In this document: piece by piece, positions 9,334 through 18,092 of the stretch
How positions within the stretch are numbered: position 1 is the first letter of the stretch
Layout: every line of letters begins with the position of its first letter
Source: Candidatus Nitrosocosmicus agrestis
GTDB lineage: Archaea; Thermoproteota; Nitrososphaeria; Nitrososphaerales; Nitrososphaeraceae
Assembly: GCF_008389435.1 (NCBI RefSeq)
Contig: NZ_VUYS01000007.1
Span: forward strand, 54,391-86,390
DNA: 32,000 bases
Reading direction: 5' to 3'
Notes under the pieces: model-generated
The model's input: only the letters and a program-made list of their open reading frames with translations
What the model was told of the DNA's origin: nothing
The model's database searches: none
Translations under genes and position numbers: made by a program

Positions 9334-10221
9334 TTGGGTTATGAGGATAATAATGACATAAAAAATGATTACCTTCAGGATTGGAATGATAATATAGTTA
9401 GCAAGATAGATAATAACGACGGTATAGAGAGGATTAATGAATATGTGCTACACACTGCTAGAATAATTGATTATCCAGACCTCAATGTAGCAAACTACTT
9501 AGCTCAGATAGACACAATGGGAAAGGAATTCAATGCAAAAATAAAATCTCCTAAAACCATGAGGCCAACTCTTATTATTGAAAAGTTAAATGAATTCTTC
9601 TTTGATCAACAAGAGTTCAAGCCCAATATAAATGACTATTATAATCCAGTTAACAACTGCTTGAATATAGTATTAGAAAAGAGAACAGGGATTCCAATTA
9701 CACTGTCACTAGTATACATTCACCTAGCTAGTTATCTAGATTTTAAACTGTATCCTGTCAATTTTCCATCTCACTTTCTCGTCAAGTATATACTTGATGA
9801 AAATACAAATGAATCTATAGTTATCGATCCATTCAACAAAGGCAGGATTATGGATGATTATATTCTACAGGATCTCTTAAAAAATGCATATCCAAGTTTA
9901 GAAATTTCTGTATCCAAAGATTTGCTTAAAAAAGCAATGCCAAGACAGATAATAATTAGAATCTTGAATAATTTTAAAAACGGATATTCAGAAGTAGATG
10001 ACCTAAACAAGATAATGAAAATAAATGAAATGATTATTTCCCTAGATAATTCAAATCCAGAGGCGATTAGAGATAGAGGAATTATTCTTTACAGGTTCAA
10101 GAACTATGAAGAGGCATTGAAAAATTTATATCAATATATAGAATTAAATCCAGAAGCCAGCGACATGGACAACATATTAGAATTGGTAAAACAAATTCGC
10201 GATAGTATTTTAAAAGGTTAA
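9334..10221 (+). CDS. transglutaminase-like/TPR protein (SirB1-like family)
   Basis: The core segment NNCLNIVLEKRTGIPITLSLVYIHLASYLDFKLYPVNFPSHFLVKY matches the pattern I know from SirB1/UPF0162-type transglutaminase-fold proteins. The C-terminus is TPR-like (YEEALKNLYQYIELNP). The start is TTG, with no in-frame ATG nearby. Confidence 0.6.
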   Translation: MGYEDNNDIKNDYLQDWNDNIVSKIDNNDGIERINEYVLHTARIIDYPDLNVANYLAQIDTMGKEFNAKIKSPKTMRPTLIIEKLNEFFFDQQEFKPNINDYYNPVNNCLNIVLEKRTGIPITLSLVYIHLASYLDFKLYPVNFPSHFLVKYILDENTNESIVIDPFNKGRIMDDYILQDLLKNAYPSLEISVSKDLLKKAMPRQIIIRILNNFKNGYSEVDDLNKIMKINEMIISLDNSNPEAIRDRGIILYRFKNYEEALKNLYQYIELNPEASDMDNILELVKQIRDSILKG

Positions 10222-10299
10222 GAGGAAGTTTCCATCAATATAGAAACCACGAAAAAGAACTGAATGAAGAGAAAAATAATAATCTCAAAAGTTGAAGGT

Positions 10300-10330
10300 G
10301 AGCAAATAATGCTTTTGCTCTTTATCATTT
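10300..10330 (+). terminator. hairpin plus T-tract downstream of the 9334-10221 gene
   Basis: GAGCAAA (10300-10306) pairs with TTTGCTC (10314-10320) across a 7-nt loop, and tttatcattt follows. Archaeal termination mainly needs oligo-T, so a terminator role is speculative. Confidence 0.25.
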
Positions 10331-10698
10331 GTATCAGCATCTGTGTAAATATGAAAGTGTAGCAAAGCGCTCTATAACAAACAAACGATGAAATTTGTGA
10401 ACATTTTTACTTACACATTAGTTTTAGGTATCCTACTTTAGCGTGAATGAAGCATTAGTATCAATCAATCCTCCAAATAAACATAGACTATGCCCTTGAA
10501 ATTGCATTAATTACAATTTTCCTTTGTTTTATTATTATCATTCGTTTATATAGTGATGTTATAACAGGTCTTTGTTAAAATCAATTGAAATGACAAGGGG
10601 AAAAGAAAATACATTTTGAAATCAAATGTAAAGCAACCCAATCATGTATTTTTAAAGGTATCTACAAGTATTAATCGAATAGACTATTATTATATGTA

Positions 10699-10854
10699 TT
10701 AGACATTCTTATTTATTTTAATAAACAATTCTTTAGCATTCTTTCTTGCCTCTTCAGTTATTTCTTCATTAAAGATAGTATTGCTTAAAGAATCAAGAAC
10801 CACTTGCCATTCCTTCTCTGTCAGTTGAATATTTTTCTTATCCGTGTTGCCCAT
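10699..10854 (-). CDS. candidate small protein, 51 aa (MGNTDKKNIQLTEKEWQVVLDSLSNTIFNEEITEEARKNAKELFIKINKNV)
   Basis: This ORF is absent from the track because it is under 60 aa. It has an ATG start and 51 stop-free codons in AT-rich DNA. TTTTATTA sits at about -30 to -23 relative to the ATG, the spacing of an archaeal TATA box. I recognise no homology. Confidence 0.35.
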   Translation of the reverse strand: MGNTDKKNIQLTEKEWQVVLDSLSNTIFNEEITEEARKNAKELFIKINKNV

Positions 10855-11010
10855 GATAGGGTTTTTTGATTTTCTGTAATAAAATCTTATTTCCCTCTAG
10901 ATTACAGCGACGGTGATACCAACAAGTAATGCAATTAAAATGATATTTGAGGAATAAAGTAGACAATTCATGAAATATGATACACAAACTGCCTTGGTAT
11001 ATTTTAGGGA

Positions 11011-11550
11011 TTACATTCTTTTCGATATAATGTAAAATCCATGCGCAGAGATGATTAGGGCAGCAAGTGACATTTTCGTAGCGAATACTAAATTCCATGG
11101 GGTATCAGGGTTCGGATAGGGCATGAACAAATTGTCTAATTGCAATTGACCATTAATCAAATCAGCAGTTATCAATGCATTCCACACAATAAAATTATAA
11201 AAGAACTCATAAATAGAAATTATCAATATTGCAAGTACTATTAATTGTAATATGGATCTCACACTTTTAGGAACATTTTTTACCGTATCTGTTCCTAATT
11301 TAGTAACACAATACCAGCCCACCACAGACACAATCATAAGGTAGGTTACCAGCTTTGCTAATCCTTTGGCTGGAAACTCTGTATGTACCAGTACTTCGCC
11401 AATTATGACTTTTCCCGTATTCAAATATTCATTAAGACTTACATACAAAGAATAAAAAGTAATAACAGCCATAATAAATGCGCATATATAAAAGACATAT
11501 AGATAGAATCTTCTCGACAGGAGCTCATCTTTTTCTATGCTTAATTTCAT
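11011..11550 (-). CDS. integral membrane protein, hypothetical
   Basis: The ORF has an ATG start and several long hydrophobic segments (LYVFYICAFIMAVITFYSL, LVTYLMIVSVVGWYCV, LQLIVLAILIISIYEFF, LAALIISAHGFYII). Confidence 0.6.
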   Translation of the reverse strand: MKLSIEKDELLSRRFYLYVFYICAFIMAVITFYSLYVSLNEYLNTGKVIIGEVLVHTEFPAKGLAKLVTYLMIVSVVGWYCVTKLGTDTVKNVPKSVRSILQLIVLAILIISIYEFFYNFIVWNALITADLINGQLQLDNLFMPYPNPDTPWNLVFATKMSLAALIISAHGFYIISKRM

Positions 11551-11646
11551 TTATAATTAATCCGATTCAATTGCTCATATAAAAATTATATAATAATAGC
11601 CAAACGAATTCTCTAGATAAAGAGTCAAAAAAAGAAGAATAGGAAT

Positions 11647-12771
11647 CTATTTCAAAATATTTTCAAATACTTTGAGAATTCTAGACAAGTCATCCTCAGA
11701 TATTAATGGATGAACTGGTAAGGACAACACATGACTCCAGGCCCATTCTGTATTGCTGAGCAAGCTAGGTGCCACGTATTCTGCTGCATTGTTTTCATAG
11801 AATGGAGTTTTATGAATAGGTGGATCATAATAAATTGTAGCTCCTATTCCTTCTTTGACAAGGCCATTCTTTATCAAATCTCTCCGAGAGTTTTCTTTAA
11901 ATGCAATTGTAAACAGATACCAATTGAATTTTTTGTTAGCGGCTTCTTGTGGTAATGCAAGTAAGCCATCTTGTTCAAATTTCTTTAATCCATCGAATAA
12001 GAATTTTGCATTTGATTTTCGCATTCCCAACATTTGGTTTAACTTTTTCATTTGGGATATTCCCAATGCAGCGCTAAGTTCTGGTAACCTCAAATTTAAG
12101 CCAAATACACGGGTATCGTAACCATTTACCATACCGTGATTTCTTATCATAAGTAATTGTTCATGTAAATCATCATTATTGGTAACTATAGCCCCTCCTT
12201 CGCCGGTTGTAAGTACTTTGCTTGCATAAAAACTAAAACATCCAAGATGTCCAATTGTACCTGTTTGTTTTTGATTATACAAAGAACCAAGGGATTGACA
12301 AGCGTCTTCTATTACACTTAAAGACCTAGAACTTGCAATGTCGATTATTTCATCCATGTCGGAAGGATGACCATAAAGATGGACAGGAATAATCGCTTTT
12401 GTTTTTTCATTTACTTTTTTCTTTATATCATTAATGTCTATTGTAAAGTCATTTTTGTTTACATCTGCAAAAACTGGTTTTGCTCCAGTCGCAATCACCG
12501 AATTTGCAGTAGCTACAAAGGTAAAGGATGGAAGTATTACTTCATCGCCCGGTTTAATTCCTATGGATAGCAATGCAGCATGAATTGCAGAAGTTCCAGA
12601 ATTTACAGCGATAACATGTTTCACATTAAGATAGGATTTTAAAAGACTCTCAAAATCTTGGACACGCTTTCCACCATTTTTGGCAGGCGATGTCAAGGAA
12701 TTTTCAGAAAGTACATTTAAAACTTCTTGTTTGGCATCCTCATCCAACCAAGGCTTGTTTATAGGGATCAT
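11647..12771 (-). CDS. DegT/DnrJ/EryC1/StrS-family PLP-dependent (sugar) aminotransferase
   Basis: The N-terminus is IPINKPWLDEDA. Other family features are SGTSAIHAALLS, the PLP-lysine context FSFYASKVLTTGEGGAIVTN, and a typical length of 374 aa. Confidence 0.9.
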   Translation of the reverse strand: MIPINKPWLDEDAKQEVLNVLSENSLTSPAKNGGKRVQDFESLLKSYLNVKHVIAVNSGTSAIHAALLSIGIKPGDEVILPSFTFVATANSVIATGAKPVFADVNKNDFTIDINDIKKKVNEKTKAIIPVHLYGHPSDMDEIIDIASSRSLSVIEDACQSLGSLYNQKQTGTIGHLGCFSFYASKVLTTGEGGAIVTNNDDLHEQLLMIRNHGMVNGYDTRVFGLNLRLPELSAALGISQMKKLNQMLGMRKSNAKFLFDGLKKFEQDGLLALPQEAANKKFNWYLFTIAFKENSRRDLIKNGLVKEGIGATIYYDPPIHKTPFYENNAAEYVAPSLLSNTEWAWSHVLSLPVHPLISEDDLSRILKVFENILK

Positions 12772-12967
12772 TATTGATTTACTTTCTTTTACAGATATAA
12801 ATATCAGTAATAATATATCAAAATAATCATCAAGAAAATTTGAATTGGGATTTATTTTTAGATTTAAGGTTTAATTTGATTTTATTACAAGATGAAAATA
12901 AATAAATGCAAACTACTATTTTTGAAATATAAGAAAATTCTATGAATTTACTACCATTATGGGTAGT

Positions 12968-12979
12968 TAAAATATAATA
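12968..12979 (+). promoter_or_regulatory. TATA-like box upstream of tRNA-Ser
   Basis: ttaaaatataat is centred about 30 nt upstream of the first tRNA nucleotide. Confidence 0.3.
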
Positions 12980-13004
12980 GAGGGCATCAGTAAGTAATTT
13001 TGGT

Positions 13005-13139
13005 GCAGATGTGGCAGAGTGGTCATCCTAAATTAGGTTTAGGACCACAATAATGCGTCGGCCTTGAGTTGATCAAGGTTGATAACAAGTTAGCCGATTC
13101 GCCGTATGGCGAGCAGGAGTTCAAATCTCCTCATCTGCG
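13005..13139 (+). tRNA. tRNA-Ser (anticodon UGA) containing two introns (about 13025-13050 in the D-loop; 13069-13091 at canonical position 37/38)
   Basis: The acceptor stem GCAGATG/CATCTGC is perfect and the discriminator is G. The T-arm is AGGAG-TTCAAAT-CTCCT. A long variable arm (CGCC-gtat-GGCG) indicates a class II tRNA. The anticodon stem is TCGGC/GCCGA, with loop CT-TGA-G...A. The spliced length would be 86 nt, with D-arm GCA-GAGTGGTCTAA-TGC. No CCA is encoded. Confidence 0.85.
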
Positions 13140-13348
13140 CTGTAATGTATATTATAAATTGATTACACAAAAGCGTCAAAAACTAGTCTTGTGTCGAACG
13201 TAAATTGAATAATTTAGTGGAATTTTACTTTTATATATAATTTACCTTTGTTTAGCGAGTTTATTATTAAAGATTGTACGATGTCAATGAAATTCGATAA
13301 AATAACGTATTATAATGACGCGAACAAAATCAAAATATATAAAATAAC

Positions 13349-14452
13349 ATGAAAAAATATACAGTAGTATTAATTGGAATCGCGGTTGTCATTCTTAGTG
13401 TTATAACAATATTAAACAATCGATCTGAAACTACAATATTGCTTCCTTCTCCCAATATGGAAGATAGAGAATCATCTGTCAAGGTCATGGCAGAGGGTCT
13501 CGAATATCCTACAGGGATAGTAATTTTACCTGATGAAAGAATTGTATTAACCGAACAAACAGGCAAGACCTTGATTTTAAGTAGTAACGGATCATTGCTA
13601 AACACATTCGAATTACCCGAAACCTATTTTGAAGAAGGTGCGGGATTACTAGGATTAACTGCAGATCCTCATTTTGCTGACAATCATTTATTGTACCTTT
13701 TCTATACTTACAAGGATAACAATGATAGTAAAATATTTAATAAAGTAATTAGTGTGCAGGAAAAAAACAATAGCTTAGACGATGTGCGAATAATATTAGA
13801 TCACATGCCGGCTTCAAAGCTCCATAATGGAGGAGCTATAAAGTTTGGTCCTGATGGAAAACTGTATGTGAGCATAGGTGACACAACCAATTCCGAATTG
13901 GCTCAGAATTTATCAAGTTTGGCTGGAAAAATACTCCGGTTGAATCCTAATGGCACTATCCCCACTGACAATCCATTCGAAAATTCAGCCATTTACTCAT
14001 ATGGACATAGAAACGTCGTGGGAATTGCATGGGACTTTAACAATAATACAATGTATTCTACTGAAGCAGGTCGAATTGGAAACGATGAAATTAATATTAT
14101 CGAACCGGGAGAAAATTATGGTTGGCCAATAGAAGAATGCGGTAACTTGGAGGAAAGTCTTTTTGTTAATGCGGAATTCTGTTTTACTCCGTCTATCTAT
14201 CCTTCAGGAATTGTTATCAGCAATTCTACTGAACTAAACTATTATGGAAGGTTATTGGTGGCAACTATGAAAGGAGAACATTTAAGAAGTATTGATCTCA
14301 TTACAAAAGACCAATCGGCCATTTTAACTGGCTACGGCAAGTTAAAAGACGTTACCGAGGACAAAAATGGTTCTCTATATGTGATAACAAATAACAGAGG
14401 ATTTTATGATAATACAGGTTCCGACAGGATCCTAAAGATCATGAGGAATTAA
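13349..14452 (+). CDS. PQQ-dependent sugar (glucose/sorbosone) dehydrogenase-like beta-propeller, N-terminally anchored
   Basis: An N-terminal TM segment (VVLIGIAVVILSVITIL) is present. The motifs GLLGLTADPHF, HNGGAIKFGPDGKLYVSIGD, YSYGHRNVVGIAWD and EPGENYGWP are typical of the soluble aldose dehydrogenase (YliI/Asd-like) family. Confidence 0.85.
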   Translation: MKKYTVVLIGIAVVILSVITILNNRSETTILLPSPNMEDRESSVKVMAEGLEYPTGIVILPDERIVLTEQTGKTLILSSNGSLLNTFELPETYFEEGAGLLGLTADPHFADNHLLYLFYTYKDNNDSKIFNKVISVQEKNNSLDDVRIILDHMPASKLHNGGAIKFGPDGKLYVSIGDTTNSELAQNLSSLAGKILRLNPNGTIPTDNPFENSAIYSYGHRNVVGIAWDFNNNTMYSTEAGRIGNDEINIIEPGENYGWPIEECGNLEESLFVNAEFCFTPSIYPSGIVISNSTELNYYGRLLVATMKGEHLRSIDLITKDQSAILTGYGKLKDVTEDKNGSLYVITNNRGFYDNTGSDRILKIMRN

Positions 14453-14458
14453 ATGTAA

Positions 14459-15745
14459 ATGAACACCAAGAAAAAATTCCGAGATATGACTCATGAGGAA
14501 AGACTTCATCACCTAAAGACAGAAAAAAATCTACAAGACAAGGAGATTGATTATTTTAGAAATACCGGTGCCTTAGAATTTGATATCCTTAATGGTATGG
14601 TAGAGAATGCGATTGGAATCTTTCCAATCCCTATTGGAATAGCTAATAACTTTGTTATTAACAATAAGGAATATTTGGTTCCAATGGCCACAGAAGAGCC
14701 TTCAGTGATAGCTGCTGCTAGTAATGCAGCAAAGATAGCCAAAACAAGCGGAGGGTTTGTTGCATCAGTAGATGAATCTATCATGATAGGACAAATTCAG
14801 TTAATACATGAAGATCTACACAATACCCCAAATATCGACAGTGCTATGAAATTAATTGAAGATTCCAGAAATAAAATAATAGATTTAGCTAATACCAAAA
14901 GTAAATTTGCCAAATGTATAGATGTGAAAACCAAGTACGTAAACGATGATAGCATAAACAGGCTAGGGCAAATGATAATTGTCGAAATTTTTGTAGATAC
15001 AAAAGACGCAATGGGGGCCAATGTAGTTAATACCATGTGCGAGGCGGTAGCTCCAAAAATAGAAACTATAACTGGAGGTAAAGTCATATTAAAGATCTTA
15101 TCAAATTATGCTACCAGTCGACTGGCAAGATGCAAAGGAACATTCCCAAAAGACGCCATCGGGGGTGAGGAAATCGTAAAAAGGATTTTGTTTTCGTATG
15201 CTATGGCATATTCTGATACATATAGGGCAGTCACTCATAACAAAGGAATAATGAACGGCGTTGATAGTGTGGCCATTGCTGCAGGACAGGATTTCAGAGC
15301 AATTGAGGCTGGTTGCCATGCATACGCATGTAGAGATGGACAATATAGATCACTGACCAAATGGTATCCAGATTCCAACGGTGACCTAGTAGGAGAAATT
15401 GAAATTCCTATTGCAGTTGGAACGGTGGGAGGAATAATAAACACCCATCCCATCGTGAAAACGTGCTTAAAAATAATGGATATAACCAATTCAAAAGAAT
15501 TGGCAATGCTGATTGCTGCATCAGGATTGGCACAGAACTTTTCGGCAATAAGGGCGCTATCAAATGAAGGCATTCAAAAAGGACACATGAAACTGCATTC
15601 GAAAAATATTGCAATTATGGCGGGTGCTACAGGTGAAAAAATTGAACAAATTTCGATGATGATGATCAAGGAAGGAAACGTATCAGTCTCGCGTGCTAAA
15701 GAAATCTTAGAGACAATGAATCAGAACAAAAAAATAGAGCAATAA
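14459..15745 (+). CDS. hmgA: 3-hydroxy-3-methylglutaryl-CoA reductase, class II-type sequence
   Basis: ENAIGIFPIPIGIANNFVING-like region followed by LVPMATEEPSVIAAASNAAK is the class II signature; class I enzymes have PMATTEGCLVAS here. DAMGANVVNT, HNKGIMNG, GTVGG and the C-terminal GHMKLH are also present. Confidence 0.9.
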   Translation: MNTKKKFRDMTHEERLHHLKTEKNLQDKEIDYFRNTGALEFDILNGMVENAIGIFPIPIGIANNFVINNKEYLVPMATEEPSVIAAASNAAKIAKTSGGFVASVDESIMIGQIQLIHEDLHNTPNIDSAMKLIEDSRNKIIDLANTKSKFAKCIDVKTKYVNDDSINRLGQMIIVEIFVDTKDAMGANVVNTMCEAVAPKIETITGGKVILKILSNYATSRLARCKGTFPKDAIGGEEIVKRILFSYAMAYSDTYRAVTHNKGIMNGVDSVAIAAGQDFRAIEAGCHAYACRDGQYRSLTKWYPDSNGDLVGEIEIPIAVGTVGGIINTHPIVKTCLKIMDITNSKELAMLIAASGLAQNFSAIRALSNEGIQKGHMKLHSKNIAIMAGATGEKIEQISMMMIKEGNVSVSRAKEILETMNQNKKIEQ

Positions 15746-15811
15746 AACAATCCTTACAAAAAAAACAAATAAACAACACAATCAATAATACACTCGATAT
15801 AGGAATTTAAG

Positions 15812-16804
15812 ATGGGTATTGTTAAATTTGTGGTGCCCAAAGGCAGTATAGAAGAAGCCACTTTTCAAATAATAGAACGAGCATGGCAAACAAAGGTTAG
15901 CGGTAGGGGCAGAATATACAGGGTAAAGATCGGGGATCCAGAAATAGAAGTAAAAATCTTGAGACCACAAGAAATTCCCACATACGTGCAGGAAGGATTT
16001 CACGATGTTGGAATAACGGGCAAGGATTGGATAAAGGAAACTAATGCAGATGTTAAGGTACTATTAGACTTAGAATATGGTAGAGTAAAACAGGTAATAG
16101 CCATTCCAGAATTCTTTGGATTTAATAACTTGGATGAACTGATATCAGATTTTGCTGAAAAGAAAAAAACTCTGAGATTTTCCACCGAATACCTAAAGTC
16201 AGCTTCTATGTACATTAAATCAAAGGATAGTTACAAGAAATATTTTGGCGATCTAGAACCAACAATAGTAACTCCATGGTCAAGGACAGGCGACAATAAA
16301 CTAGTAGAAATATTCTTATCATTTGGAGCAACTGAGGCAAAACCTCCAGAGGATGTTGACGCCGTTTTTGATATTACAGAGACAGGAACTACATTAGTTC
16401 AAAACAATCTGAAAATAATTGATCAGGTAATGGAGTCCACAGCGGTCCTAATTGCTAACAAGGAAGCTCTGAAAGATCCGGTCAAAAAAGAGAAGATAAC
16501 TGATATGATTGTTTTGTTAAAAGGTGTGGTTGAAGCCAGGAAAAAGTTACATATTTTCGTTAACGTGGAGGAGAAAAATCTCGAACAGTTGTTAAATATT
16601 CTCCCTTCCCTTAAGGGACCAACCGTTAGTAATTTAAGTACCAAGGGCTGGTTTGGGGTAAATACAATAATAGATAAAGAGGAATTTATCAGACTTGTCC
16701 CAACCATTAGAAAAATAGCTCAGGGGCTCGTGATATTGGAACCAAGTCAAATACTATCCATGGATAAGATAACTTTAGACGAAAAAGAAGTAAAAATTGA
16801 TTAA
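15812..16804 (+). CDS. hisG: ATP phosphoribosyltransferase, long form with C-terminal regulatory domain
   Basis: RPQEIPTYVQEGFHDVGITGKDWIKE and FDITETGTTLVQNNL are present, along with a C-terminal HisG_C-like segment. The stop overlaps the hisD start. Confidence 0.9.
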   Translation: MGIVKFVVPKGSIEEATFQIIERAWQTKVSGRGRIYRVKIGDPEIEVKILRPQEIPTYVQEGFHDVGITGKDWIKETNADVKVLLDLEYGRVKQVIAIPEFFGFNNLDELISDFAEKKKTLRFSTEYLKSASMYIKSKDSYKKYFGDLEPTIVTPWSRTGDNKLVEIFLSFGATEAKPPEDVDAVFDITETGTTLVQNNLKIIDQVMESTAVLIANKEALKDPVKKEKITDMIVLLKGVVEARKKLHIFVNVEEKNLEQLLNILPSLKGPTVSNLSTKGWFGVNTIIDKEEFIRLVPTIRKIAQGLVILEPSQILSMDKITLDEKEVKID

Positions 16805-18092
16805 TCTTATAGATATTAAGCAACCAAGAGAACAAGCTAATGAATTGAGAGATAGGTCTTGGAACAAGGATCTATCGATTCCAACCAAAAACGTTCTTAA
16901 CATTGTTGACATTATAAGAGCTGAAGGGGATACTGGAATTTTCAAATGTATTGAAAAATACGATCACGTAAAATTAAAATCATTTATCGTTACTATGGAT
17001 GAGATACAAGAAGCATATGAAAAGGTTTCGGCAAAACAAATAAAGATTATCAAACACATCAAGTCAAAACTAGAAAAAAGCGAACAAGCTGTTATAGACA
17101 ATCTCAAGAACATAAAAATTGATTCAGACGGAATTAAGATAAAAAAAACCATCTTACCCATTGATAGGGTCGGATGTTATATACCAGGTGGAAAAGCACG
17201 ATATCCAAGCACTATTGTCATGTGTACAGTACCAGCAAAAGTTGCAGGGGTTGGCCAAATAGTAGCGATTACGCCTCCTATGACAAATGGTGAGATAGAT
17301 CCTTTGACTCTTGTGGCCGGTGATATTTGTGGCGTTGACGAATTTTATAAAATTGGTGGTGCATATGGAATAGCAGCTTTAGCTTATGGAACACAAACAA
17401 TAAGAAAAGTGGACAAAATTGTTGGTCCAGGTGGAGTATATGTCTCCGTTGCAAAGTCAATTGTTTCAAAAGATGTTTCTATAGATATGATAGCTGGGCC
17501 AACCGAGTTGTTAGTTTATGCTGATGAAAAATCAAATGCCTTTTATGTCGCACTAGATTTGATATCTCAGTCAGAGCACAGTGAAGACACATTATGTGGA
17601 GTAGTAACGAAATCAAAGACTGTGGCTGATAATATATCAAGAGAAATTGACAGAATAATTAAGATCAAAAAAATTCCAAGAGAAGAACTTGTAATAAAGA
17701 GTATGGAAAATAACGGATTTATAGCATTGTGCCAAAATAATGAACAAGTAGTAGAATTTATAAATGAATTTGCTCCAGAACATTTAGAAATATTTGCCAA
17801 AGAGGACAAGGAACTGATCAAAAAAATTCATAATGCAGGTTTAATATTAATAGGAAAATACACACCCTCTGCAGTAAGTGACTACTGCCTTGGCTCTAAT
17901 CATGTATTACCAACTTATAGATTCGCCAAATCAAGAGCTGCGTTATCTGTTTTAGATTTTATCAAATTGGTTAACGTGATCGAGATGAACAAAAACGCTC
18001 TCAAAAAAATTGCACCTATAATGAAAGAAATAACCTCAACAGAGGGACTAATCAATCATTATAACGCGGTAGAAGGAAGGATAAAAGAATGA
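16797..18092 (+). CDS. hisD: histidinol dehydrogenase
   Basis: GCYIPGGKARYPST, IDMIAGPTELLV, SQSEHSEDT, APEHLEI and GSNHVLPT are present. The TTG start sits inside TTGATTAA, which also contains the hisG stop (8-nt overlap). Confidence 0.9.
   Translation: MINLIDIKQPREQANELRDRSWNKDLSIPTKNVLNIVDIIRAEGDTGIFKCIEKYDHVKLKSFIVTMDEIQEAYEKVSAKQIKIIKHIKSKLEKSEQAVIDNLKNIKIDSDGIKIKKTILPIDRVGCYIPGGKARYPSTIVMCTVPAKVAGVGQIVAITPPMTNGEIDPLTLVAGDICGVDEFYKIGGAYGIAALAYGTQTIRKVDKIVGPGGVYVSVAKSIVSKDVSIDMIAGPTELLVYADEKSNAFYVALDLISQSEHSEDTLCGVVTKSKTVADNISREIDRIIKIKKIPREELVIKSMENNGFIALCQNNEQVVEFINEFAPEHLEIFAKEDKELIKKIHNAGLILIGKYTPSAVSDYCLGSNHVLPTYRFAKSRAALSVLDFIKLVNVIEMNKNALKKIAPIMKEITSTEGLINHYNAVEGRIKE

Noticed and set aside
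10838-11098. An 86-aa track ORF on the minus strand.
   Set aside because: It overlaps the 3' end of the well-supported membrane-protein gene (11011-11550) in another frame, and its product is Cys/His-rich and nonsense-like. The smaller ORF at 10699-10854, in a different frame, has better start and promoter geometry.
13005-13349. The tRNA-Ser gene as an integration site for a mobile element.
   Set aside because: No integrase or other mobile gene flanks it. I found no direct repeat of the tRNA 3' end (caaatctcctcatctgc) elsewhere in the window.
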